Part shown: positions 53,294 to 64,000 of the stretch, piece by piece
Layout: every line of letters starts with the position of its first letter
Numbering within the stretch: position 1 is the stretch's first letter
Assembly (NCBI GenBank): GCA_951406725.2
Contig: OX597820.1
Span: 29,512,001-29,576,000 of the forward strand
DNA length: 64,000 nt
Origin: Octopus vulgaris
Lineage: Eukaryota
Reading direction: 5' to 3'
Position numbers and translations under genes: made by a program
The notes under the pieces: generated by a model
The model's database searches: none
Told to the model about the DNA's origin: nothing
Seen by the model: the letters and a program-made list of their open reading frames with translations, nothing else

Positions 53294-53604
53294 GTTCTGA
53301 CATTTTCTATCCAAAGAGGTTTTTTTTGTTTTTAAACCCAGTATTTACACAATATTGTTTAAAGTTTTATTTGCTTTGAGATTCATCATTCCAAAAAAGA
53401 ATTGTGCATGTGTGTGCGTGTGTGTTTGGATTTATGAATGAGAGAGAAGGAAAATAGTTCTTAATACACACTTATTCATTTGTTTGAAACAGAAATCAGA
53501 AACTCCTCCAGTGTTTCTTTGACATTTTTACACTGACTGTATATGTATGTTTAGCTATGTATGAATGTGTGTGTGTGTGTCTGTGTATAAATATACATAT
53601 ATAT

Positions 53605-53670
<66 letters not shown>

Positions 53671-53675
53671 CTCAT

Positions 53676-53982
53676 ACCATAAAAAGTCAGGAGGTAAGAG
53701 AGGTAAGTATATTTATTTAAGCACTCATTATCCTTAGGATTATGGCCTTTTGCAGCCTTCATCATTTAATAATAATTTCAGTGTATAATAAATTACTTTA
53801 CATGCCTGTACCAATATACATGCTATACATTGTATAATACAATTGGTGCATACATGTAAAATAATTTATTATAACCTGAAATTATTATTACATGATGAAG
53901 GCTGTGAAACAGCTGTAACCTTAAGGATAACAAGTGGTTAAAGAAATTTATTCACCTCTCATAGCTCCTGACATTTTAGGGT
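53676..53982. mobile_element. Foldback element with ~135-bp inverted arms and hammerhead-like relics
   Basis: aaaaagtcaggaggtaagagaggt...cagccttcatca is mirrored by tgatgaaggctg...acctctcatagctcctgacatttt. Confidence 0.65.
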
Positions 53983-56216
53983 TTATATACTCCTCATGAA
54001 ATAATTTCATTGATTGGATCTGGATTTCAACTGCATTATACTCCTCCATTTTGGGTTAGTATATGGTATGATAGCCAGGACCACTGGAGGAGTTCTCTAT
54101 GATAGCCACATAATTCTATTAATCCATATATTATACTTCAAATTTATGTGTGTTTACTTTAAAAAAATTTTTGTTTTATGTTTGTTTTGCTATGCAGGCA
54201 CGGGGTAGATGAATATGTTATGTAACCAAATGGATGTGTTATAAACTACAGGTGCTAAATAATATATATATAGAGAGAGATATATGATATAAAACTATAT
54301 TCTGCTGGAGAGTCAAGCATTTTGGTATTTTACTTAACAAAAACAAAGAGAAACACCATCTATCTGTGTTATTTATGACACACACACACACTCACTCTCT
54401 CTTTCTCTCTCTCTCACACACACACACATGCACTCACAGACACTTATCCTCAGATTACCTTTCTTCACCCTCTGAAGAAGAAGCATTCAGACATGATGGA
54501 AACATTACTAGATTATTATTTCATTATATATTTTACTCTGAAATATTTGTGCTAGAGAAGTTATATTCCTATACAGAAGATTTCAATTTTCTTGTTAGGT
54601 TCAGATGCAGTATTATTGAGTTGCTAGTTCTCTATAGACATTTGTTGCTAATTAATTCTTTCAGGATTCTGAAATTTTCAATTATTCTTAACAAAAGTCT
54701 CCTACAGTCTACAAATGGTTGGAACTGAAATACCATGGATCAAATTTTTAGGAAAGTAGGATTTACTAAGAATATATAGTCTAATTATCTATAGTTATTT
54801 AAATCAATATCTTTTTAGCTCTTTAGCATTTAAACTGGCCAGATCTGGCTCAAGTATTCTACCGATTTTATGCTCAACCTGGTCAGATCTGGTTTCACCC
54901 CCCCTCCTACAGTGTCATTTGAAAAATGAGCAATCACATCATCAAAATTTTGAAGCTACACGATGTGAATAAATAAGCATTGCATTTCAGAGAATAATCT
55001 GAATGCGCAAGAGTTAAAGTTTCCTTCTTCGTTTAGTTTTATTTATTTATGCGCCCTTTTCAAGCCTAGCCAGGCTCACGGGCCCGGTTTCCTGGTTTCT
55101 GTGGCGTATATGTTCCCCCCAGCTGGACAGGACGCCAGTCCATCGCAGTGTTACCTAAAAAAACAGGAAGAAAGAGTAAGAGAAAGTTGGAGGCAAAAGA
55201 GTACAACAGGGGTCGTCACCACCCCTTCCCGGAGCCTCGTGGAGCTTTAGGTGTTTTTGCTCAATAAACACACACAACGCCTGGTCTGGGAATCAAAATC
55301 GTGATCCTCCGACCACGAGTCCGCTGCCCTAACCACTGGGCCATTGCGCCTCCACTCTTCATTGAGTACTGATTCCTTAACTCTTTCTTCGCCACTTTTT
55401 TTAATAATGAGTTGATACTGGCTCCATCGTTCATATTAAGAGAACAAGGGGCTTCAGTTTGTTTGAGCTAATCATTTTGGTATCAGTCCACCTGAAATTT
55501 CCTTTGGTTCTATAAGTCAAACTTACCTGTTTTAGAATGATCTAAATATAAGCTTTCCATCAAAGTTTCATGTTAATTTATGTTCGAAGCAACAGCTGAA
55601 TAATATCACAATTATTTTACTAAATTCTTCATTATTCTTAACATTAATTACAAGAGCTCTTGTCAAACCATCCAATCCATGCCAGCATGGAAAACAGACA
55701 TTGAATGATGATTACATATATATATTTGGTTATATAGGATTCATGAAGAATCAAGGCATTTCAATTTATAGTATGCCACCAATTGGCTAGATAGAATCAC
55801 ACAGAGCAGACACTGAAGTGATCCATTATCAGTTTTAAAGCAACAATAAAGATCAGTCACTGTTGTATAATTCGCAAATCCATTTGTTTACCAGTAAATC
55901 AGCACAAAAGAATGAGGCACTCAACACATTTGGTAAAAGTTATTGTTATTAGTTAATAACAGTCTGATCCGGAACTAAATTAAACTGTTATTAAATTTTA
56001 TATATATATATATATATATATATCATTTAACATCCGCTTTCTATGCTACCATGGGTTGGATGATTTGACAGGACTGGCAAACCAGATGGCTGCACCAGGC
56101 TCCAATCTGCCAGATCACAATTGGAACCTGGTGCAGCCATCTTGTTCGCCGGTCCTCAGTCAAATCGTCCAACCCATGCTAGCATGGTAAGCGAATGTTA
56201 AACAATGATGATGATG

Positions 56217-56239
<23 letters not shown>

Positions 56240-56255
<16 letters not shown>

Positions 56256-56850
56256 GTAAAATAAGGATTCATATAGAACTGGGTACTTGAAAAGATATGC
56301 ACCAAGTAAGGTTGGATCGACCTGTGGTTCCAGCCTATGGTTGGTAAGTATCAAATAGGATATTCCGGTTGTGTACTCAGAGAAATCCAACTCTGAGTAT
56401 TTAGCACCTAGGGCTGGTCCAAATCATGCATTATGTTGAATTGTATGTTGTTGGTATACTCCAGGGTATCTAACAAGTTTCATAGTTAGCCTCAACAGAC
56501 TTCAGCCATGTCCCTGCTGTATTCTTGGGATATTCTTTTGTTTGTAAAATTATGTTTCATCTGATGATTATGGATTTTTGTAATGAAGTAATGTTCTTAT
56601 TCTTCTATTAAAAAATATGTAAGAAACAGCTGTAATGAGCTAACATTTATCCACTGTCTGTTATTATTTATTTGATTCGCCATGATAGATCGCTACCCAC
56701 TACAGATTCTTTATTTTCTCTCCTTGTTTCTTTCTGTGTTCCTTTCTTTAGAGGAGCATAGACTCGAAACATTAAAGACTTTTTCATTTCTGTTTGTTGT
56801 CTACACCACCTGTCTTTGCTTTTTGTTTTTTTGTGAATTCTCCCCCCCTA
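56240..56850 (+). mobile_element. Penelope-like element terminal relic ending at (TA)n
   Basis: Contains ctgatga...gaaacagctgta (56561-56634) and cttt..gaggagcatagactcgaaacattaaag (56742-56777). Its 3' end is shared with relics at ~8930-9013 and ~19840-20030, which also stop at TA-rich repeats. Confidence 0.5.
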
Positions 56851-58765
56851 TATATATATACATACATATATATATATATATAAGGGTAAATAATTATTAA
56901 TTTTAAAATTAACAAATATTACCAAGTAGTTTTGGTATGGAAAGAGAACCATTATCGGTAGGAACTTTTACAAAAAGTTTTTTTATATATAAATATAATT
57001 AGGGTTAAGCAACAAGTTATGTGGTTAAGCAACTTGATTTATATTTACATATATATATATATATATATATTCAAGTATGAATTAGAAGCAGTGCTGGTGT
57101 TGTAAAAATTATCAAGCATGCATACTCAATGTATGTGCTTTGCTTGTTTACCAGAAGGCTGCAATTTGATGCAGTGTAGATGACTCTCTCAAAGCACTGG
57201 TGTTAAAATACCTGAAAGTCATATATATATATATATATAAACTAAGATGAACATATAAGTATATTTCTATTAAAGTGAAACAACAAAATGTCAGCTTAAG
57301 TAAATATGAATGAATATTACACATTGTATTAATCCATTAGCAGTTAAACCAGTCATCATCCAGCCCAAATATTCTACCTGTTTTACGTTTAAACTGGCCA
57401 AATTTGGTCTCATACCTATCCTACAACTTCATTCTGAAAATAAATAGTCACATCTTTGAAATTATTAAGCTACAAGATAATACATGATTAATTCAAATCA
57501 ATTGAAATCAAATTCGATGACTGGCATCCGTGCTAGTGGAGCACTAAGAGCACCATCCGAGCATGACCGTTGCCAGAGCAGCTATCTGGTGTCTGTGCCG
57601 GTGGCACATAAAAAGCACCATTTGAGTGTGATCATTACCAGCATCGTCGATTTACTGGCACTTGTGCCAGTGTACAGGTGGCACGTAAAAAAACACCATT
57701 TGGTTCTCGTGCCAGTGGCATGTAAAAGCACCCACTAAAATCTTGGAGTGGTTGGCGTTAGGAAGGGCATCCAGCTGTAGAAACTCTGCCATATCAAGAT
57801 TGGAGCCTGGTGCAGCCATCTGGTTCGCCAGTCCTCATAGAAAGCAGACGTTAAACGATGATGATGATATGAATAAGTAAGCATTTCATTTGATAATCTG
57901 AAAGCTAAAGGATTAAGTACTGTTTGAATTTTTTTTATTACCAAAAGGAATGTATTTGAATGTGTGGGTGTGAAGTACAACATTTAAAGTTCTTTCTGAA
58001 AAGAAGACAAGTATTATGAGACTGAAATAATCCTTAGGGCATTTTGGCAGGGTAATCCAGACTTGATTAGTTGGTACTCATAAATATTGGGTTTGCTGCT
58101 GCTGTTGTTGTTGTTGTTGTTATTGTTGATCTCATTGTTGAATAGTAGTCACTTCATCTAAGGCAGATGTTGTTGGTGGTGGTGGTTGTTGTTGTTGTTT
58201 ACATCTATGATTGAAAGCGTTCCAGCCATGACTATCTCCTCTTTGTCCCATATGCAGTTTGTCTTGAACTAAATCATCCAGTGTTTTACATTGTTTCATT
58301 TTGTGTTTTTGTTTTTTTTTCAAGACTGTAGTATGTGATTTCAGGAAAATATAGTTTGTTATTTCTAGCATGTCAGGTATTATCATCATAGAGCAAGCAT
58401 GGGTAACCTTTTTCAAGGAGTAGGCCACATGAAGCATGCCTCATCATCAGGTGGGCCATTCTGAAAGTCTCATGGGCCACAGGTTATCCATGACTGTCTT
58501 AGAGACCTTTTGCTGAGGCACATCAATCTGACTGGCCTATTATTCCAGCATAACACATCATCTGTGTAGGATCTGCAAAAGGTTCCTAAGGGTTCTACAA
58601 GAAAGAGTAAGATATGCTAATTTCATGATCATATGTTGTACATAATACATGTACAACAGATTGGTTATTGTAATATAGACATCATCCCATCTAACCGATT
58701 ATGTTATCAAAAAAATATAACAGCCATTGGAGATATATTTAGTGATATCTGTAATTTATGAACAC

Positions 58766-58802
<37 letters not shown>

Positions 58803-59459
58803 GATATTTACCACAAGAACTATGATGAGAAAGATATGGGATATAATTTTTTTTTTTTTTTTTTGTGCATGGGCTCCTTGAGACATGTAATTTATTTTAA
58901 GGGTTATGCAAAGGTAAGAAGGTTGCGAAACATGTGTGCATGCAGAGAGTCATCAAGCATGAATGCACAGGTAGAACTCAGTATAGTAGGAGACTGACTC
59001 TGCCCAAATTTAAAACGTTTGTAATTTCTACAATGGCTCTGGATACTCTTTCTTCCGACAGTCAATGCTCAACAGATATTTGTGTGTGTGTGTGTGTGTG
59101 TTGAAACAAATATGGTGAAGTCACTTAGAATAAAAAGACTCAAAATATTACGACAGACTCAATATATTTTAGTAAGGTAATGAATGCAACAACAAAGGCT
59201 CATCTGCTATACACTTGTGTGAATGTGTGTGAGAATGAGGGAGAGAGGGTAGAAGAAACAAAAACAAGACAAGTTCAGAATAAAAAAAAATTAGTTTGCT
59301 ATTCTGAAAAATGGAAGTAGTTAATTATTATGTTCCAGATATTGTACTTTGGAGTTTTGGTGTAAACTGACAAAAGAAGAAATATATATATATATATAAA
59401 GTATTAGTAGCTCATTATCATGAGTTCAAATCAAAGTCCTGATGTCTAATAAACAAATA

Positions 59460-59844
59460 CCATAAATCCTCGAGTATAATCCGCATTTTTTTCTCAAAAT
59501 TTAAAGGTCAAAATCCCTAGTGTGTACTATATATGAGGTTAAAAATGAAAATTATTTTCTAAGCAATGTCCGAGTCTCTATTTACTGTCTGGCAAATATT
59601 TCTTTATTTTCTGCAAGCAAAATGCACAAAAGAGCTACACGTTTGTATTCTGTTATATATACAATAATAATAAAAGACATTACCGTATACATTTTTACAA
59701 ACCAAGGACGTTATATAGACCTCCTTGAGTCAAGTTAGAGAAGGTGTGTGTATTATACACAAGTTTAGGTTTTTCAGAGGTACAGCCCCCTAAAAATCCC
59801 CTGCATATTATACTCAAGGGCGGAGTATACTCAAGGATTTACGG
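59460..59844. mobile_element. Tc1/mariner-superfamily (Tc2-like, CCGTA-ended) MITE
   Basis: ~25-bp TIRs ccataaatcctcgagtataatccgc / gcggagtatactcaaggatttacgg. The left flank is TA and the right flank is TG. Confidence 0.8.
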
Positions 59845-60230
59845 TGATAATAATAATAATCTGTATTAAGATTTTTTTTAAATATTAAAAGCAGGTAAAT
59901 TTGAAATCTAGCTGGTGTTGTCATTCCTTCAAGAGAGAAAAATGAAATAAAAAGTTAACAAACATGAGTACACAGATGACAGAGCAAAGAGGTGAAATGT
60001 GACTCAATAAACTGCTATGTGATACCTCTTTGAAAATGTCCATCTTGTACTTAGTCCCCTTTGATACCAACCTGCCCAAGACTCTTCCTGGTTCTATGAT
60101 ACAAACTGTGTTTTAAAGTGATCTAAATTAAAACAAATAAAACTTCCATCAAAATTTTATATTTTAAGTTTTTGTTCTAAATATTAGCTTAATTGACAAT
60201 GTTATTTTACTAAATTCCTTTTTCTTTCTT

Positions 60231-60262
<32 letters not shown>

Positions 60263-60788
60263 CAAAATTAATTGAAACAAAGACAAAAATATGGTAACAA
60301 AAGGGTTATCGAGAACGAAACAATATAAAATATTGATTTTTAAAAAATTATTTTCCTCATACAAATCAAAGAATTCTTTGCCATTTGATATCTTGAAATA
60401 GCTGCCAATCTCTAGATAATGTCATCATCATTGTTATTATTGTTATTATTATTATTATTACTATTACTTGCAGTATTGAGATTACCAGAGACTAAGTCTT
60501 TGGATCAGTTCTTGTCACATTCCAGGTAATAATCGTCTGTCAAATTGCATCCTGCCCTTCTTCTAACTGCATTTTGGCCTCAAAGGTTACTGAATAGTTC
60601 TTTTGTTTTGTTTTGTTTTGTTTTTTCTTTTTGACAATCTGCTGTAATATGAAGAAGTTAATGCAAGAGGAAGGTGCCAACTGTCTCAACAAACCATTGT
60701 ATAAATACTGTATGTGTATATGTATGTACATGTATGTTTGTATGTGTGTGTGTATATATATATGCACACATACATGTGTATATATATA

Positions 60789-61117
60789 GTTAATGTTTAC
60801 AAGTATACTGGCATGCAAAAATCAACCTTTTTTTTTATTTCAGTGGATTCCTATGTTTTTCAATGGAGATTCTGAATATGCCAAAAACCATGTTAACTTT
60901 TTTTTTTAATCTACGTGGAAAAATATTTTTCCACGTACATTGAAAAAAATAGTTAAAATTTTTTAATTTGGGGTGGGGACAGGGTATTTTAAAATTTTGC
61001 AAACATGGTTTTTGGCATATTCAGAATCTCTGTCATCAAAAACATAGGAATCCACTGAAAACAATTTTTTTAAAAAAAGGTCAATTTTTGCATGCCAGTG
61101 TACTTGTAAACATTAAC
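60789..61117. mobile_element. Foldback MITE with ~105-bp TIRs, inserted in a TA-rich tract
   Basis: gttaatgtttacaagtatactggcatgcaaaaa...ccaaaaaccatgtt is mirrored at 61002-61117. A perfect internal 26-bp palindrome lies at 60912-60937. Confidence 0.8.
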
Positions 61118-62862
61118 CATATATATATGTATATATATGTTAATCTGGAATATTTCAATGAAATTGTACTTTGTAAAAGATATTACTTTTACAACATATT
61201 TTTCCATATAGTATTTTTTTTTCTGTAGATCCTTCAATTCTTTAGTAAACAGGTGTATTGTTATAAAAACCATTATTGTTTTGTGTTATATCTGAAAAGA
61301 AAAAAAACTATATGTTTCAATGTGTTTATTTCAGTGTTTCCTGCACATTAGACTTGACAAGTTTACAAATTGGCAAGTAAAACTGTTGTAGATATCACTT
61401 TTTATAAGTGAAATCTCTTAAGAAATATTCTGCCCATTCAAAGAAGCGTTTCAGTTATTTCTGGTAAAATAATGAAGAACATAGGGGACCTATTGTGGAG
61501 GTGCATAGCGTAAGTGGTTAGGGTGTTTGGACTCGTGATCATAAGATTGTGGTTTCAATTCCTGAACTGGGCAATGTGTTATGTTCTTGAGCAAAACACT
61601 TCATTTCATGTTGCTCCAGTCCACTCAGCTGGTAAAAATGAGTAATCCTACAATGGATCATTGTCCCATCCAAGGAGGAATATATACACCAGAGAAACCA
61701 GGAAACTGGCTTTGTGCTCCTTACGGAATAATATGAACTAACTATAGGGGACTTAGTAATAAAATAAATAAGTTATTTCTATTCTTGTGGAAGAGATATT
61801 CAAGTTATTTTAATAACACAAATCTGTTAAATTTGCTTTATACCTTTAGCATTTAAACCAGCCAGATCCAGCCTCTCACACCGACCCTACAATGTCATTC
61901 TAAAAATAAAATAATCGCATCATTGAAATCTTGAAGCTACAAGATGATGCATGATTAATTCAAGACGAGCATTGCTGTTGACATAGTAATCTGAATGCCA
62001 AAGGGTTGAATTTAATTTTTATTTTATAAGGTGTTAGCAAAAACATCCAGTTGTAGAATCTATGCCAAAGCAGACACTGGAGCTCATTGAAGTCCTCTGG
62101 CTCATTGGATCCTGTTGAATCATTCAACTCTTGTTAACATGGAAGAGAAACGTTAAATGATGGGGATAATGTGGTTGTAGAATTTTCATTGCCCAACTAA
62201 AACCTGACACAGTTATACAGTGAAGCTGTGTCAGTGATCTGATTACTGGTGTATGTAAAAAATTTGGACATCTCTTGAAATAACTTAAATTGAAAGTTCA
62301 AACGCCAACCACTCCGAGAGTGGTTGGTGTTAGGAAGGGCATCAAGCTGTAGAAACTCTGCCAAATCAAGATTGGAGCCTGGTGCAACCATCTGGTTCGC
62401 CAGCCCTCAGTCAAAATCATCCAAACCATGCTAGCATGGAAAGTGGACGTTAAACGATGATGATGATGATGAGTGTTATTAAATGACTAAAATGGCTTCT
62501 CTGATGTAGTTGCTTCATTTTCAGTATATGGTCTAAGATCAAGTACTATTAAACCTTTTGATACCAACTTACATGAGACAACTATTTCTATGCATTTGTT
62601 TTAACTGTTTTGATATCAACCCATCTAACAGTGCTCCTAGTTCTATGTTACAAACCTGTTTTAACCCTTTAGCGTTTAATTCCGCCATATCCGGCCCAAT
62701 TATTCAATCTATTTTATGTTAAAAGTGACCAGATCCAACTTCTCACACCTACCCTACAATGTTGTTCTAAAAATATACAAACACACCATTGAAATCTTGA
62801 AGCTACGATATAATGCAGGATTAATTCAAAGCAATATGAATAAATAAGCATTACATTTAATA

Positions 62863-63215
62863 GAAAACAATTGCAGCATGGAAGGTGTTTATAAGCCATT
62901 TAAGAAACACACAAAAACCGTTAGATTCTCTTCAACATTTGAATTCAATTTGCCAAAATATTTTCATCACTTTGAGACCGCAACCTGTTCACTGACAAAA
63001 TTCCATGCAGCATGGAAGGAATTTTGTCAGTGAATAGGTTGCAGTTTCAAAACAACAAAAATATTTTGGCAAATTAAATTCAAATGTTGAAGTGAATCTA
63101 ACGGTTTATGTGTGTGTTTCTTAAATGGCTTATAAACACCTTCCACACTGCAATTGTTTTCGTTCCAGCACACAATCTCAGATCAGGTCACTTGCTATGC
63201 AAGTACATCTCCGTA
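62863..63215. mobile_element. Foldback element, probably an inverted Penelope-like pseudo-LTR with degenerate hammerhead motifs
   Basis: ~140-bp inverted arms (62863-63004 / 63018-63161) with an asymmetric right extension. Each arm has hammerhead-like topology. The element is nested in a piggyBac-type MITE. Confidence 0.6.
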
Positions 63216-63608
63216 ATACATTTGACAGAGTAATCTGAAAAATAAAAGAGTTAAAGTTATCTAATTTAAAACCTTGCAAATGCAGTAAGCTGGCAGAATC
63301 ATTAGCACACAGGATAAAATGTTTAGCAGCAGTTCAAATTCCACCACAATAAATTTTGCCTTTTATCATTTTGGGGGTCAATAAAATAAGTACTGGGGTT
63401 CATGTAAACAACTAGCCCTTTCCCTTCCCTTCAAATTTCAGGCCTTGGGCCTGTAGTAGAAAGAAATTAAAACTTTTCATCAAAATTTTATGTCAGTTAA
63501 TTAACCTTACACCAGGTTAATAACGACAAAGGTATTTTACAAAAATTGCTCGTTATTTTCAAAATTAATTGAAGCAAAGGTGGTGTATTTCATTGAAATA
63601 TATTTTTT

Positions 63609-63983
63609 TACTTATTTCAGTCATTTTGACTGTGGCCATGCTGGAGCACCGCCTTTAGTTGAGCAAATCAACCCCAGGACTTATTCTTTGTAAGCCTAGT
63701 ACTTATTCTATCGGTCTCTTTTGCCAAACCGCTAAGTTACAGGGACGTAAACACATCAGCATCGGTTGTCAAGCAATGTTGGGGGGACAAACACACACAC
63801 ACAAACATATACATATACATACACATATATATATATATATATATTCTTTCGGTTTCCGTCTACCACTCACAAGGCCTGAGGCTATTGTAGAAGACACCTG
63901 CCCAAGGTGGCATGCAGTGGGACTGAACCCGGAACCATGTGGTTCATAAGCAAGCTACTTACCACACAGCCACTCCTATGCCT
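63609..63983 (-). mobile_element. SINE family A copy
   Basis: Near-colinear reverse complement of 6463-6877. It explains track ORF 63659..63949, which is nearly the same as ORF 24476..24718. Confidence 0.85.
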
Positions 63984-64000
63984 ATGGCAACAAAAGGTTT

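Noticed and set aside
59969-60049. miRNA-like hairpin (caaagaggt...acctctttg)
   Set aside because: The stem is short and interrupted by large internal loops, and it resembles no miRNA I recognise.
62493-62545. U2 snRNA 5' fragment (ctaagatcaagt)
   Set aside because: The match is only about 12 nt. The branch-recognition GTAGTA and stem I are absent.

Overview
This is eukaryotic, AT-rich, repeat-dense DNA with long TA/CA/GA/CAT/ATT microsatellites and several high-copy SINE families. Its style fits an octopus (coleoid cephalopod) genome best, but that is inference. Nearly all ORFs in the supplied track are translations of microsatellites or SINEs. The one well-supported protein gene is the 3' part of ArfGAP1 on the + strand. 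Its exons at 41922-41981, 44130-44278 and 47854-48526 join in frame at GT-AG sites. They encode the ALPS2-type amphipathic segment and a Trp/acidic-motif tail. No exon for the N-terminal GAP domain was found, so it presumably lies upstream of the window. The best new observation is a second, paralogous 60-nt phase-0 exon at 34419-34478 (VSDAKLFQEMSSTVTNLTEK). It sits behind a cluster of splicing-regulator motifs, and a candidate 21-nt microexon lies at 38044-38064. Together these suggest an alternatively spliced cassette that swaps or doubles the membrane-curvature-sensing helix. The window also holds a precisely inserted Helitron, a Helentron/DINE-1-like element, hAT, pogo/Tc2 and piggyBac-type MITEs, and CR1-like and RLE-type LINE 3' remnants. 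It further contains Penelope-like relics with degenerate hammerhead-ribozyme motifs (two in foldback form), a 31-bp minisatellite with a 310-bp higher-order repeat, and a possible spliced antisense transcript inside the large intron. Comparisons with human ArfGAP1 are from memory and need confirming by alignment.
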